Shown piece by piece: positions 12,745 to 24,996 of a DNA stretch of 64,000 bases (its first letter is position 1; every line of letters begins with the position of its first letter). Source of the stretch: Eledone cirrhosa (Eukaryota); NCBI GenBank assembly GCA_964016885.1, contig OZ024745.1:126666001-126730000 (forward strand). Reading direction: 5' to 3'. The position numbers and the translations under genes are program-made. The notes under the pieces were generated by a model. It did no database searches and had not been told where the DNA came from. It saw only the letters and a list, made by a program, of their open reading frames with translations.

Positions 12745-13138
12745 AGAAATATTAAAACAATGAAATTAAACACAAAACTGTTAATATGTCTTCATTACCC
12801 GCCGTCTTCAGAAATATTTCTGAAGACGGCGGGTAATGAAGACGTATGTTTCTTTTTCTTACTATGATATTTTGTAATATGTTTTACATAGATCAATAAT
12901 TGAATGAACATACAGGGAACTACCCCCCAGAAAAGATCGTAAAATAATGAGTTTTACTATGAATTAACAGTTTTGTGTTTAATTTCATTGTTTTATTATT
13001 TCTATTTTGACTCTGTATCCAATTGAATTATATCGTTGGTAACATTTTTGTATTTTAAACTTTGATTCACGACATCTACATACGGATTGCATTGACTTCT
13101 TTATACGGTTTAGACCCTACCATTGAGTGGTAGATTTA

Positions 13139-13142
<4 letters not shown>
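12745..13142 (+). mobile_element. Fold-back element with perfect 56-bp palindrome and extended hammerhead-like core
   Basis: Perfect palindrome 12788-12843; outer arms 12745-12785 / ~12962-13003; CTGAAGA 12820-12826 and GAAA 12930-12933; flanked by (TA)n. Confidence 0.7.
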
Positions 13143-13174
<32 letters not shown>

Positions 13175-13177
<3 letters not shown>

Positions 13178-14378
13178 TTATCTATAAAAGGCAGATTGTT
13201 GTTGTTGTGTGTGTGTGCATGTTCCATGTTTATAGATTTGCACAATTTCAAACCGATTCGACTTTAAGTCTGTAAGAATGTTGTAAATGGTCTAACTTAG
13301 GTCAACGACTATTTATTTCATTCACACTCACCCACAATTACGGAAATAATCGATAAAACTAAATACATGACGCTTTACCCCTCTAATAGAATCTGATTAC
13401 CTCTCTACTCTCCTTAAACTTTAAGAGAGAGAGAGAGAGAGGGAAGTTTGTTTTTGAGTGTGGAACGGTCAAGCATTTATTTACTTCAAAGAGAACTTAT
13501 TACATTTCATACGAAACAACAATTATTCAAAAGCAACAGATAAATTTATTCAACAACAAAAAAAATAGCGATAAATCTTTTTTAAAACATCTATCAACGA
13601 ACGTGGAAGAAGTATCAGTTCATTTACTATAAACAATAATATCCTCTGAGGTCACTAAACCTGCTAGAAACAGCAGCTAACTCTCCCCCATATCATACCA
13701 CTCCCTACTGTCTTAAATTTAGAAATCATATCCTCTATGAGGTCACTAAACCTGCTAGAAACAGCAGCTAACTCTCCCCCATATTCAAAAGCAACAGATA
13801 AATTTATTCAACAACAACAAAAATAGCGATAAATCTTTTTTAAAACATCTATCAACGAACGTGGAAGAAAGAAGTATCAGTTCATTTACTATACACAATA
13901 ATATCCTCTATGTGGTCACTAAACCTGCTAGAAACAGCAGCTAACTCTCCCCCAAATCACACCACTCCCTACTGTCTTAAATTTAGAAAACATATCCTCT
14001 ATGAGGTCACTAAACCTGCTAGAAACAGCAGCTAACTTTCCCCCATATCACACCCCTCCCTACTGTCTTAAATTTAGAAAACACACATTAGACAACCATG
14101 CAGAACTCCATCGTAGCTCTGTTGTTCGGCTGGCATTGTCTACGCGCGTGTTGCGCAAGTACTGTGAAACAATAAATTTCAACACTTCTTTGCACAGAGA
14201 TAATATCCATAGGTGAAACTACAATTGTGACTGCTGGCACAGCTCCTGCTTCGGCAGTCCAGGTCTGCAATTCATTCACCCAGTGCCTGGCAGACCAAAA
14301 AGTGCTGCAATAAAATGGGTGGTGCAACCTAACTTTGGTAACTTACTGACCCCGAGCAACGCCGGGCTTTAATGTTAG
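13175..14378 (+). mobile_element. Non-autonomous Helitron-like element
   Basis: 5' TC..tctataaaag followed by (GT)n; 3' GC hairpin cccgagcaacgccggg (14351-14366) then TTAG (CTAG-like); inserted between A and T; internal tandem duplications. Confidence 0.65.
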
Positions 14379-14389
14379 TATATATATAA

Positions 14390-14735
14390 TGGAGGCACAT
14401 GGCTTAGTGGTTAGAGCATTGGCCTTGCAATCAAAAGGTTGTGAGTTCAATTCTCAGACCGGGTGATGTGTTGTTTCCTCGAGCAAAACACTTTATTTCA
14501 CATTGCTCCAGTTTACTCAGCTGTAGAAATGAGATGATAGGGACCCCAGTCCCTATCATTCCACTGTAAAGTGGTCGTGGAGGTGCCATGGCAAAAAAAG
14601 AACCCAGCACTCACTGTAAATGAGGTTGGTGTTAGGAAGGGCATCCAGCTGTAGAAATCAAGCCAGAATCAGTTCCCGTCCCACCCTTGCAAGCAGGGAA
14701 AAGTGGACGTAAAATGAAATGATGAATGATGATGA
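14390..14735 (+). mobile_element. tRNA-headed SINE family B (representative; also 22535-22917 -, 29105-29552 +, 42958-43293 +, 43970-44371 +, 56010-56371 -, and many 3' fragments)
   Basis: A box tggcttagtgg, B box gagttcaattc, gttaggaagggcatccagc block, (GAT)n tail. Confidence 0.88.
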
Positions 14736-14766
14736 TATATATATCCGAACTATATATAAATATATA

Positions 14767-15173
14767 TACTGCAATACTTTTGGAGGATCATTCTGCCAAT
14801 CAAATACACACATACTTGTTGCATTTTGCTTCGGTTTTATTAATCAATTAATTAGATAATTAATTGATCAATGATTTGGTTCATTAATTTGTCAATGTTC
14901 TTTTCTCACTGCGCCTCCTCCTTATTAACACATATTTCATGTGCTCTGTCTACTTTTTATAACTTCATAGAGTTCATTTCACGTTTTCAGTTATTTATAT
15001 TTATATAATAACTTTATTACTAATAACCAATTATCTAATTAACTGATTAATATAACTGAAGTGAAATACAACCTGTTCACCAATTTTTGATTGGCAATGT
15101 GACCCTTCCAAAGTACAACCAATATCTGTTTCATTATAAGATTTCATAATAATAATCTTGCAAAATAAATACA

Positions 15174-15180
<7 letters not shown>
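14767..15180. mobile_element. Fold-back element in (TA)n, diverged arms
   Basis: tacttttggaggatca..tgccaatcaaa..attaatcaatttaattagataatt versus aattatctaattaactgattaat..tttgattggca..tgacccttccaaagta. Confidence 0.6.
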
Positions 15181-15202
<22 letters not shown>

Positions 15203-15204
<2 letters not shown>

Positions 15205-15560
15205 ATACAGTATATAGAGAAGAAAACACAAAATGAGTATATTTTCAATTATGAGAGGAAGAGAACCACTGGAGTGAAGGACATAAAGTCTACGAAAAGT
15301 GTGGAAAATAGGTGTATTATAGTTATAAAGGTGGGTCTGTACATTTTAATTTATGTTTTTAATTATTATGTATTTTCCACACTTTTTGTAGGCTTTATGT
15401 TCTTCACTCTAGTGGTTCTCTACTCCTCATAATTGAAAACAAACCCTTTTTGTGTTTTCTTCCCTATATACTGTATTACGAAGAGCCTGGTACTTATTCC
15501 TTGAGCTCATTAAATTACAGGGGATTAACGCATGTCTTTAACTCCGTTTTTTTTATTTGA
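15203..15560. mobile_element. Fold-back element in (TA)n (~105-bp arms)
   Basis: Arms ~15203-15310 / 15370-15478, ~60-nt spacer, ~80-nt one-sided tail. Confidence 0.75.
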
Positions 15561-15577
15561 TATATATATATATATAT

Positions 15578-15768
15578 AAACAGAAATAGAAGCTTTCGCC
15601 GTATCTTTTGACTAAAAAATTTTAGCCTGATACATCAATACTCATCTTTTTCCATTTCTTAGAGGGTTCTAAACCCCACTATCAGGCAAAAATTTATTTA
15701 GTAAAAAAAACAATGGCGAAAGCTTCTATTTCTATTTTCAAACTCACTGACTGTTTCAAAAAGAAACT
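15578..15768. mobile_element. Fold-back element in (TA)n
   Basis: agaaatagaagctttcgcc...gcctgata versus tatcaggc...ggcgaaagcttctatttct; short tail. Confidence 0.7.
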
Positions 15769-15782
15769 TATATATATACATA

Positions 15783-15914
15783 TATATTTAAAAAAAGGAA
15801 AAGAATGGCTTCACTTGTAGTTCTAAACAATTTAATATTATGATTTTACAAATGAAGTCATTCTTTTCCTTTTTTTAAATATACTTAACTGTACCAAGGA
15901 TTTTACACATTTTC

Positions 15915-15916
<2 letters not shown>
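15783..15916. mobile_element. Short fold-back element in (TA)n
   Basis: tatatttaaaaaaaggaaaagaatggcttcacttgta versus tacaaatgaagtcattcttttcctttttttaaatata; ~35-nt tail. Confidence 0.7.
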
Positions 15917-15952
<36 letters not shown>

Positions 15953-16539
15953 GAAACAATAACATAAAAAAGATTACTCAATTTTAAGAATAGATTCTAG
16001 ATACTTATTAAATAATAGAGATGACTGTTCATTCAAGGTTTCAATATCAACTTTTCAAACAGTGGCAATATTACAAAATTCAAAATCTTATATATGAATT
16101 ACAAAAGAAGAATAAATAATAAGATTAATATGTATTTATGTAGCCAGGAGCGTTTTTATAGAAAATATGGACCTTGAATCACGATATAAATAACAGATAT
16201 AGCTAACAGACTAAAGAAGCCTTGTGAGAAATGGCCAGTTTTCTAAATTTAACACTAAATTACAAAATCATATTTTAGTAACTATATTATTAAATAGTTT
16301 GAAGAAGTAAACATTTGTTATTAACTAAATACATTTTAAGAAAATTGTATAATTAGTTAATAATTAATATATTATCTGAACATATTGTCTCAATAAAACT
16401 AACCCCTTAAAAGACCCTTTATCAACAAGTTATTGTGTAATTATAATTGTATTTATATTTATAAATAATTTATAAACCTTGGAATGGAAATAATAAACTT
16501 ACATATAAAATCATACCTGCATAATTTTCATACATGTCT

Positions 16540-18160
16540 CTGTATAAAAAAATATACCAATATCTTATAAAAACAACTCTTCCCTTTTTATTCAGAAGAC
16601 AAAAAGTTTCATTAAATGTTGAAGGTGGAAAAGATATTTTTATAAAAGGAAATTCATCAGATTAAAGTTAAATTCTGTCCCAGGTCCAGAGACTTATCAG
16701 GCTATTACTTATCCTGGTTTCTTAGGTGCTACAAGATTAAGAATACAAGGCTCCCCTGCTGGACATGACACCAGTCTTTTGCAGGGTTAACTCCCAGCTA
16801 CTGCTGGGCTGGAGCAACATGGAATGAAATGTTTTACTCAAGAACACAGCATGCCACCTAGTCAAGGAATCAAACCATCAACATTATGATTATAAATTCA
16901 ACACCCTAACCTCTAAACCATATGCCCTCACAACATATAAATGGGCATTGAAAACATAAAAATGCCACTCCAAAACATTCTATTACTACAGTATGGTGAT
17001 GAGTTGTTTTTAATGATGAAGAAACAATTAAATTCAAAGAGTAAATCAACACTTTTCAAAAAGAACTCTTGAACAAATTCAACAACATTAAAAAAAAGCA
17101 AGAAAGTTTTGTTAATTAAAAATACATGAAACAGATAAAAAGTAACTTACCACATTCTTGTATCTAATTCTATTTTGAACACTTATAAGGAAACTTACCA
17201 TGCTGTACTTAATGAGATTAAATCTTCTGCAAAAGACATAGCCACTAAATTGAATGTAGCCAAGAGAATAGATATTCTAAATCCTCATCAAATTATCACA
17301 AAAATAACTTCAATAACCAACCCCTAATTAGACTTATAAATCCATCTAAGACAGACAGGCATACAAAGGAATAGCCAGCAAAATATATTTTACTCTATAT
17401 TACCTAAATTGATTTCTAATTTAGGCACAAGGCCAGTAAATTTCAAGAGGAAAAAACAAAATCAACTAAATCAATCCCAGTACTTGATTGGTACTTTATT
17501 TCATTGGACCTGGAAGATGAAAAGGAAAGTTGACCGTGGCAGGATTCGAACTTAAAATGTAAAAGGCCAAAATAAATACCGCAATGGCATTTTATCCGAA
17601 TGAGTCAATCGACAAGACCCCAGGCTTCTTTCGCTTACCAAGTGGGGTGAAATTCATCAAATTGGACTGAGGAAACAATCTCTCCGTTAGTCTTTCCATT
17701 GCTAATACTATCTACCAGTTGCAACTCATGGCAGAAAGAGCAACATGAAATAAAGTGCTTGCTCAAGAACATAACGTCGATTGGTCCTGGAATCAAACTC
17801 ACAACCTCACAATTGTGAAACCAATTGTCTAACCACTAAGCCACAAGCCTTCACCTACCACCCTTATATTACCTAAATTAAAAGATATCTCTAATCTAGC
17901 ATTCGGGAAAGATTCAAATGTAGGAATAAACTTCAGAATAAGCAGCAATAATTTTTCTTCCAGTTTGACATTTGTGATTATTAATCATCAATTAATAACA
18001 TAAATATTATTAGATGCTATCAACTAAATATATGGCACCCATCAAATCTCTGGAAATTGAAACTATTGTACGAGCTAGAAAGTCTTTATTATTTTATAAC
18101 AATATCTCATGGGTAAAAAACAAAGTACAAAGCCATTCGACATGGGATTCATTTAACAGA
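16540..18160 (+). pseudogene. Fossil Penelope-like reverse transcriptase ORF, interrupted by SINEs
   Basis: Ordered motifs with stops/frameshifts: KNIPI (~16550), QKTKSFIKC*RWK (~16593-16630), IKFKE*INTFQKEL (~17027), AKDIATKLNVAKRI (~17230), HKNNFNNQPLIRLINPSK (~17297-17350), FQFDICDY*SSI (~17958-17993), ARKSLLFYNNISWVK (~18074), FDMG (~18137). Confidence 0.75.
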
Positions 18161-18196
18161 GATAAGTGACTTTGTCAGTTTATAATAATAATAATT

Positions 18197-18380
18197 ATTT
18201 CTACTTTAGGCACAAGGCCAGCAATTCACCAGTACATTACTGGTACTTTATTTTATCGACCCTGTAAGGATGAAAGGCAAAGTTAACCTCGGCGGGATTT
18301 GAACTCAGACTGTAAAGGGACGTAACTGTGCTAGAAAGCATGGCGTCCAACCCTCTACCGATACTGCCAATTCACCGCCG
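18197..18380 (-). mobile_element. tRNA-headed SINE family A (representative; ~30 copies or fragments, e.g. 5165-5375, 7960-8150, 10612-10770, 18398-18610, 25033-25228, 31262-31440, 33480-34000, 34300-34515, 49265-50490, 51705-52530)
   Basis: A box tggcagtatcgg, B box gagttcaaatcc, central gcctttcatccttacggggtcgataaaataaagtaccag (Deu/Nin-domain-like, from memory), (AAT)n tail. Confidence 0.85.
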
Positions 18381-18961
18381 TTTATAATAATAATAATGAT
18401 TTCTACTATAGGCACAAGGTCAGCAATTTGGGAGATGGGGAAAGTCGATTAAATTGACCCCAGTGCATGACTGGTACTTTATTTTATCGACCCCATAAGG
18501 ATGAAAGACAAAGCTAACCTCATCGGGATTTGAACTCAGAACGTAAAGGGCCATATTTCTATGCTGCAAAGCATGTTGTCCGACACTCTACCAATACTTC
18601 CAATCCACCACCCCCAAAAATGATAATAATGAAAATTATTGTGTCCAGTGCTCAGGTGCACTAAACTCATCAAAGGTGCTTGCATAGTACATAGAATAAT
18701 GTAGAGTGCTGGAACATTTGTAATCAAGATGCAGGCCCTCAACTAATCTGAGAAGTCAGTAACTCTGGTGCTATGATGAAATGCACACGATAGAGTGTAG
18801 GAATATATGTAAGCATGGTGCAGGCGATCAACTCATCTGAGAAGTCAGTAGCTCTGCTTGAGTACTGACTCTGTTTGTGATGACTAGTCCATTTCCTGCT
18901 AGAAGAAAAAACAGGATGTTAAATGATGATGATGACAATGATAATGTTGAATGATACATAC

Positions 18962-19145
18962 TTTGAGGTGGGTCTTTATTCTGGTTATTCCATACAACAA
19001 ATACTTTTGCCAAACTTGGAACACGAGCTACTTGCTGAATTACATTGAACAGAGAATCTAGGCGATCATAGGTCAAAATAACAGCAGTAAAACCAGGTGA
19101 CTGTGGTGTGATCATAGGCAGGAATACTTGACGTCGAACTCCCAG
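18962..19145 (-). CDS. EXT2: Exostosin-2 exon (start of GT64 domain)
   Basis: [33 protein letters not shown]...[20 protein letters not shown]; ttgtag / gtatgt; 184 nt. Confidence 0.95.
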
Positions 19146-21204
19146 CTACAATGAAACATAAAGAGTAGTCAGTATCTTTTAGAAATATAATGGTAACAAT
19201 AGCAGTTGATAGCAACATATAAGAAAGACATTAAAACATCATTTTGAAACACATTTAACCCTTTAGGATTTAAACTGGCCATATCCGGCCAGAATTCTCT
19301 CACCTCTTTCTGTTTAAACTGGCTGTAACCAGTCACTCATACAGATATTAAGGTATTGTTCTCAAAATCTCATAGATTCGATATTATGTGAGATAATTAT
19401 GTGAGGTAAAGCCTTTACCATGAAAATATAATAGTAAATATAGAGTAATGTAAATGTTAAGGGTTAAATATTTAACATTTACATATCATAACCATTCAGA
19501 TACTCAGACAGTAGAAGATGAATTTAACCCTTTCATTACCATATTTTTTCATCACATACAATGTCTATGTGTTTGAATTAATTTTGAAAATATCTAAAAA
19601 TTTGGATGAATTCAATAAAATAATGAAGTACTTCATTAATAAGCTATTTAGAGCAATACTTTTGTTATTAGGGTAACAAATTAACTGTAGATCACTGGAC
19701 TAAATGCTTTACATAATTTGGTATACCTTGCTAAATACAATCGCTCACAAAATGAGTACATTCTCATACATGTAATACATGCATATAAATATGTGTATGT
19801 TGTGTTGTTTTAGTGTAATGTGTCCTACTAGTAACAGCAGAACTTAGCATCACTACCCCAGTGATGTGGGGAGCGTTCTCATGTGTGGGAACCCATGCAC
19901 AAGCCATCTTGTGATCCCAGCAGACAGAATGGAAGGAATGTTATCTCTATGGAAGGTTTTAATGTAAGAGTAACCATACTAAAATGAACGGTCTTGTAGT
20001 ATAAATCCAAGGTGGTTTCACATAGGTTGGTAACACATGGGTTAAAGTACCAGTCCAGTACTGGGGTCCATTCTTCCTCTATAGAAAAAATCAGCTGTGT
20101 TCAGACCTGGAAAGGGTTGGGCACCACCAGATTTAAAAGTGCCCTAGACATACCATATGATGGTGCCTCTACAACTCCACAAGGAGTTATGGGATCTTTA
20201 TCCTTTATTTTTTTTTATTATATCAACTTCAAAAGGATGAAAGGTAAAGTTGACCTTGATATGATTTGAACTCAGAACATAAAAGACTGTAACTAAACAC
20301 CACAACACATTTTGCACAATACTACCAATTCACTTGGGTTAAAGAATAATGTAAAAAATAAAGATAATTCTTTTAAAACTAAAACAAAGCAACACTTAGG
20401 TTTCATTGAAAATGTTTTACTTGTCACTTTGGATATACCTTTGTATCTTCGTATAACTTTTAATTAAAAAAACCCCCAAAACTTTGAAAATAACATTATA
20501 GAAATAGAATTACTGGTCATCAATGACATATGTGGATGTTAAAAAGTTTCTATAATGTTCCTATTTGAATATAACACTTGAAATCTGAAGAATGGCTCAC
20601 TACATTTTGAACAATGGTCACATGAATTGCTCACACTGCCATATCATGAATATCATGTTTTATTGACAGTTCACATGATAAAAGTCTAGCATAAAGATGT
20701 CAAAAATAGCCTAATTGAAAGAACAACAAACAAAAGGTATCTTAATCATCTAAATTTGTAAATCAATTTTACCAAATTTTTAAAAAATAAGGGAGCAGTA
20801 TTGACAGAACATTGGTCTAAATGGTTTACAGTATTTAGTTATGACTTTCTACATTCTGAGTTCAAATCCCACTGAGGTCAACTTTGCCATTTGTCCTTTC
20901 GAGATTGATAAAATAAAGTAGCAGTTAACTTCCCCATTCCCCCAAATGCTGGCCTTGTGCCAATGTTAGAAAGAAGCAGATAAAATAAAATACCAGTTAA
21001 ATGCTGGGGTCAATATAATCGACTTCCCCCGTCCCTCAAATTGCTGACCTTGTGCCAATGTAAGAAAGAAGTAGATAAAATAAAGTACCTGTTAAATACT
21101 AGAGTCAATATAAACAACTTTCTCTTCCCCCGAAATTGCTGGCCTTGTGCCAATATTAAAAAAAAACAATGAAAAAATACATTAAATAAATAATGATAAC
21201 ATAC

Positions 21205-21427
21205 TGATGGTGGATCATTCCAATCCTCATATGGGCGTGCTGCATAGGGAAACACTCTGTCATTAATAATTTGTAGGGTCGTCAATGTTATATCTTTCAG
21301 GGACTTGAAATAACTTTCCCAATAAAATTGAACTTGTCGCCTCATTTCATAGATTCGTTCCATTGAAAATGCCTTCACAATATTCAACACTTGACCAAGT
21401 TCATCTTCTCGAATGACCACAGCAGCC
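21205..21427 (-). CDS. EXT2: Exostosin-2 exon
   Basis: AAVVIREDELGQV...YWESYFKSLKDITLTTLQIINDRVFPYAARPYEDWNDPPS; ttttag / gtatgt; 223 nt. Confidence 0.96.
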
Positions 21428-21827
21428 CTAAAAAGAATGGGGTACGGAAAAAGAAAAAAGAGAAATAATATAATTATCTGAATGTAAACATATAAAATAT
21501 ATTTTATCCTATTTATCACCATGAAGATGCGTGGCATAGTGGTTAGGATGCTGAGCTCACAATCATCAGGTCATGAGTTTGATTCCCTGACTCAACAGGG
21601 CATTTTGTTTTTTAGCAAGACACTCCAGTCCATTCGGCTGTAGTTATAATTCAAGGGGGCCAGCTTTGTTTTATGCTGAATCTCTCTGAGAACTACATTA
21701 TGAGTACACGTGCCTGTGGAAAGCTCATCCACTTACATGTTAATTTCATGAGCAGGCATTTCCATTGATTGAATCAGCTAGAGCACTCAGTGTTGGAAAT
21801 GAGAGATCCAACAACAGCAACACAATA

Positions 21828-22957
21828 TCTGAATATGTGTTTATCTACTTAATATGAGTAAGTGTTTATCTACTTAATATGAATAAGTATTTATCTACTT
21901 AATATGAATAAGTGTTTAGCTACTTAATATAAATAAGTGTTTAGCTACATAATATGAATAACTGTTTATCTACTTAATATGAATAAGTGTTTAGCTACTT
22001 AATATATGTGTTTAGTTACATAATATAAATAACTGTTTATCCACTTAATATGAATAAGTGTTTATCCACTTAATATAAATAAGTGTTTATCTACTTAATA
22101 TAAATAAGTGTTTATCTACTTAATATAAATAAGTGTTTATCTACTTAATATAAATAAGTGTTTATCTACTTAATATAAATAAGTGTTTATCTACTTAATA
22201 TAAATAAGTGTTTATCTACTTGATATAAATATGTGTTTATCTACTTAATATGAATGTGTTTATCTACATAATATAAATATGTGTTTATCTACTTAATATA
22301 AATAAGTGTTTATCTACTTAATATAAATAAGTGTTTATCTACTTAATATAAATAAGTGTTTATCTACTTAATATAAATAAGTGTTTATCTACTTAATATG
22401 AATATGTGTTTATCTCCTTAATATGAATATGTGTTTATCTTCTTAATATGAATATGTGTTTATCTACATAATATGAATAACTGTTTATCTACTTAATATG
22501 AATATGTGTTTATCTACTTAATATGAATATGTATTTCATTTCATTTTACGTCCGCTTTTCCCTGCTTGCAAGGATGGGACGGGAACTGATTCTGGCTTGA
22601 TTTCTACAGCTGGATGCCCTTCCTAACACCAACCTCATTTACAGTGAGTGCTGGGTGCTTCTTTTCCGTGGTGCCTACACGTCCACTTTACAGTGTGGGC
22701 TGGGTGCTTTTTTGCCATGGCACCTCCACGACCACTTTGCAGTGGAATGACAGGGACCCCAGTCCCTATCATCTCATTTCTACAGCTGAGTAAACTAGAG
22801 CAATGTGAAATAAAGTGTCTTGCTCAAGGAAACAACACATCACCTGGCCCGAGAATTGAACTCACAACCTTTCGATTGCAAGGCCAATGCTCTAACCACT
22901 AAGCCATGTGCCTCCATATCTATCTACTTAATATGAATATGTATTTATCTACTTAAT
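21828..22957. repeat. 25-bp minisatellite (~28 units) interrupted by SINE B at ~22535-22917
   Basis: Unit aatat(a/g)aataagtgtttatctactt, period 25. Confidence 0.95.
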
Positions 22958-24856
22958 CAATAATTTTCTATATATGTGATATAATAGCTTGAATTATCTA
23001 AATTAAATTAACCATTAATTTTGTTGAACTCAGGAAGGTCTCCATCTAATTCACAATTAAGGTAAGAGTTTGTGACAATATTTCTAGTGAAATACACTCA
23101 ATTTCAAGTAATTATTTCAGAATTTTGAAGAATTTACTAAAGTTATCAATTATTTCATTACTTAGATAGAAACTTAACATATAGTTCTTATATAACATTA
23201 TGTTGGAAATTTTTTATTTAAATATAAACCCTTTAAATTTGGATGGTTTTGTTTCATAGGACCAGAGCTGGTTTTGGCCAGACAGGTATCAGGTCACTTT
23301 TGAGCACTACTGGTAACATGTAACCCAGCACAAGCTGTTGCATGGTTGGGTCATTTGTGACTAAACTGGCAACTCTACCAAGCTTGCTTAGTGAGGAAGG
23401 TGATTTTGGGACATCCTGTGAGATTAAAAACAAAATGCATCAAAGGGCAGAGAAACTCAAGACAGTCAATGGCCAGCCAATAAAGTATGTACATATATAT
23501 ATATATATTACATGCGAAGACTATGGCTGCAGGATGTCGAATGTGATCAGTGGTAAAATCTAATAAACCAGACCTTTGGCATTGTATCACAATAGTGATG
23601 AGAACAGATCAAGTAAAACCTTGCGTAACTGAAACCCCTAAAATGGGTCATCCTACTGATCAACCAAGAATAGGATAGGATGGTATCAAAAGGGTTAAAC
23701 TCATCACTGTATGATAATCTATTGACCCCCAACAGTTTTTCATGTAATCTGACTTTGTATTTGTTACCTTTATAACCATATCAGATTGGTGAACCTCTTA
23801 CAATTTTTGATATAATTAGAAATTAAATACATTAATTAATTGAAATTAAACATTATAAGCGCCAATTTTCAAACAGACAAAAGAAACAGGCCCACTATCA
23901 GGATCTGAAATAAGCATCCATTGCTTGCCAAGGGTCAATGTTACTGATTACACTATATAGGGCCTGCCAATTTTTCTAGCCCAAATTAGTTCTTTTTCTC
24001 TATCTTATTTTTTAAACTGTACTATTTTTATTACTACAAGATAAGTCAATTCTTTAGACCATATCAGTAGTTTTTTTTTCTATGTTCTGTCTATAGTGAC
24101 TGATATCATTTTACATTGAAAATGTTAACAGTTAATCCAATCATACATTCAATAATTATTGCTGCAGTTTGTGAATATAGCATGGCTGAATGGTTAAAAA
24201 GCTCATTTGCAATCATAAGGTCCTTGTTTGATCCCACCGTGTAACATTTTAGGCAACCCAAACCTTGTGCATGAAATTGGGGAGATGGAAACTGTTTGGA
24301 AATCTGTTAAATGGACTAACTGTAATTCAAAATGTCAGCCTTGTCACACACTATGTCACATTGAATCTCCCTGAGAATTATATTATGGGTACATATGTTT
24401 GTGATAGTGCTCAGCCACTTGTACATTAATTTCATGTGCAAGCTGTTTTGCTGTTCAACAGAGGTCCATTTACATTACCTTATAACTAAGTCTGTCTCAA
24501 GCTTGGAGACTCATCAGTCCAGTGCTTATCACAGTTCCCATGGTGTGAAGCAACAGAGAGTATAAGGCTTCCCTCTGGACTGGATGCCATTCCATCACAG
24601 GGTTAAACCTCCAGCTATTTCTGGTACTCATTTTCAGCAGAGTATACTGGAGCAACGTGAAACAAAGTGTTTTTCTCAAGAACACAACACACAACCCAGC
24701 CCAGGAATCGAACCCACGACATTATCATAAGTCCAACACCCTTACCTAGGGCCTCCACATACCTTATAACTATAGGTAGTATATTTGCATTAAAAAAAAC
24801 AGATAAATTCAGATGAATGGTTAGATTCACAAAGATACTTATGATAACATACATAC

Positions 24857-24996
24857 CTTTTCCAATCAAGCACTTCAGAAAATGGTAATACATAACCATC
24901 AGCAACAGCAACAGGGATGCAACCAGCTTTTAAAGCATCACTGAATGCTGACTGACCCAAACGAGCCCGACGTATAACCAGACAGAATGTTGCATT
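24857..24996 (-). CDS. EXT2: Exostosin-2 exon
   Basis: [46 protein letters not shown](R); tttcag / gtatgt; 140 nt. Confidence 0.96.

Noticed and set aside
14390-14460. tRNA-Cys-like gene (GCA in an anticodon-like position)
   Set aside because: It is the SINE B head; the acceptor stem does not close and it continues into SINE body in all copies.
21828-22530. Regular repeat array as possible CRISPR
   Set aside because: Contiguous 25-bp units with no unique spacers; eukaryotic intron.
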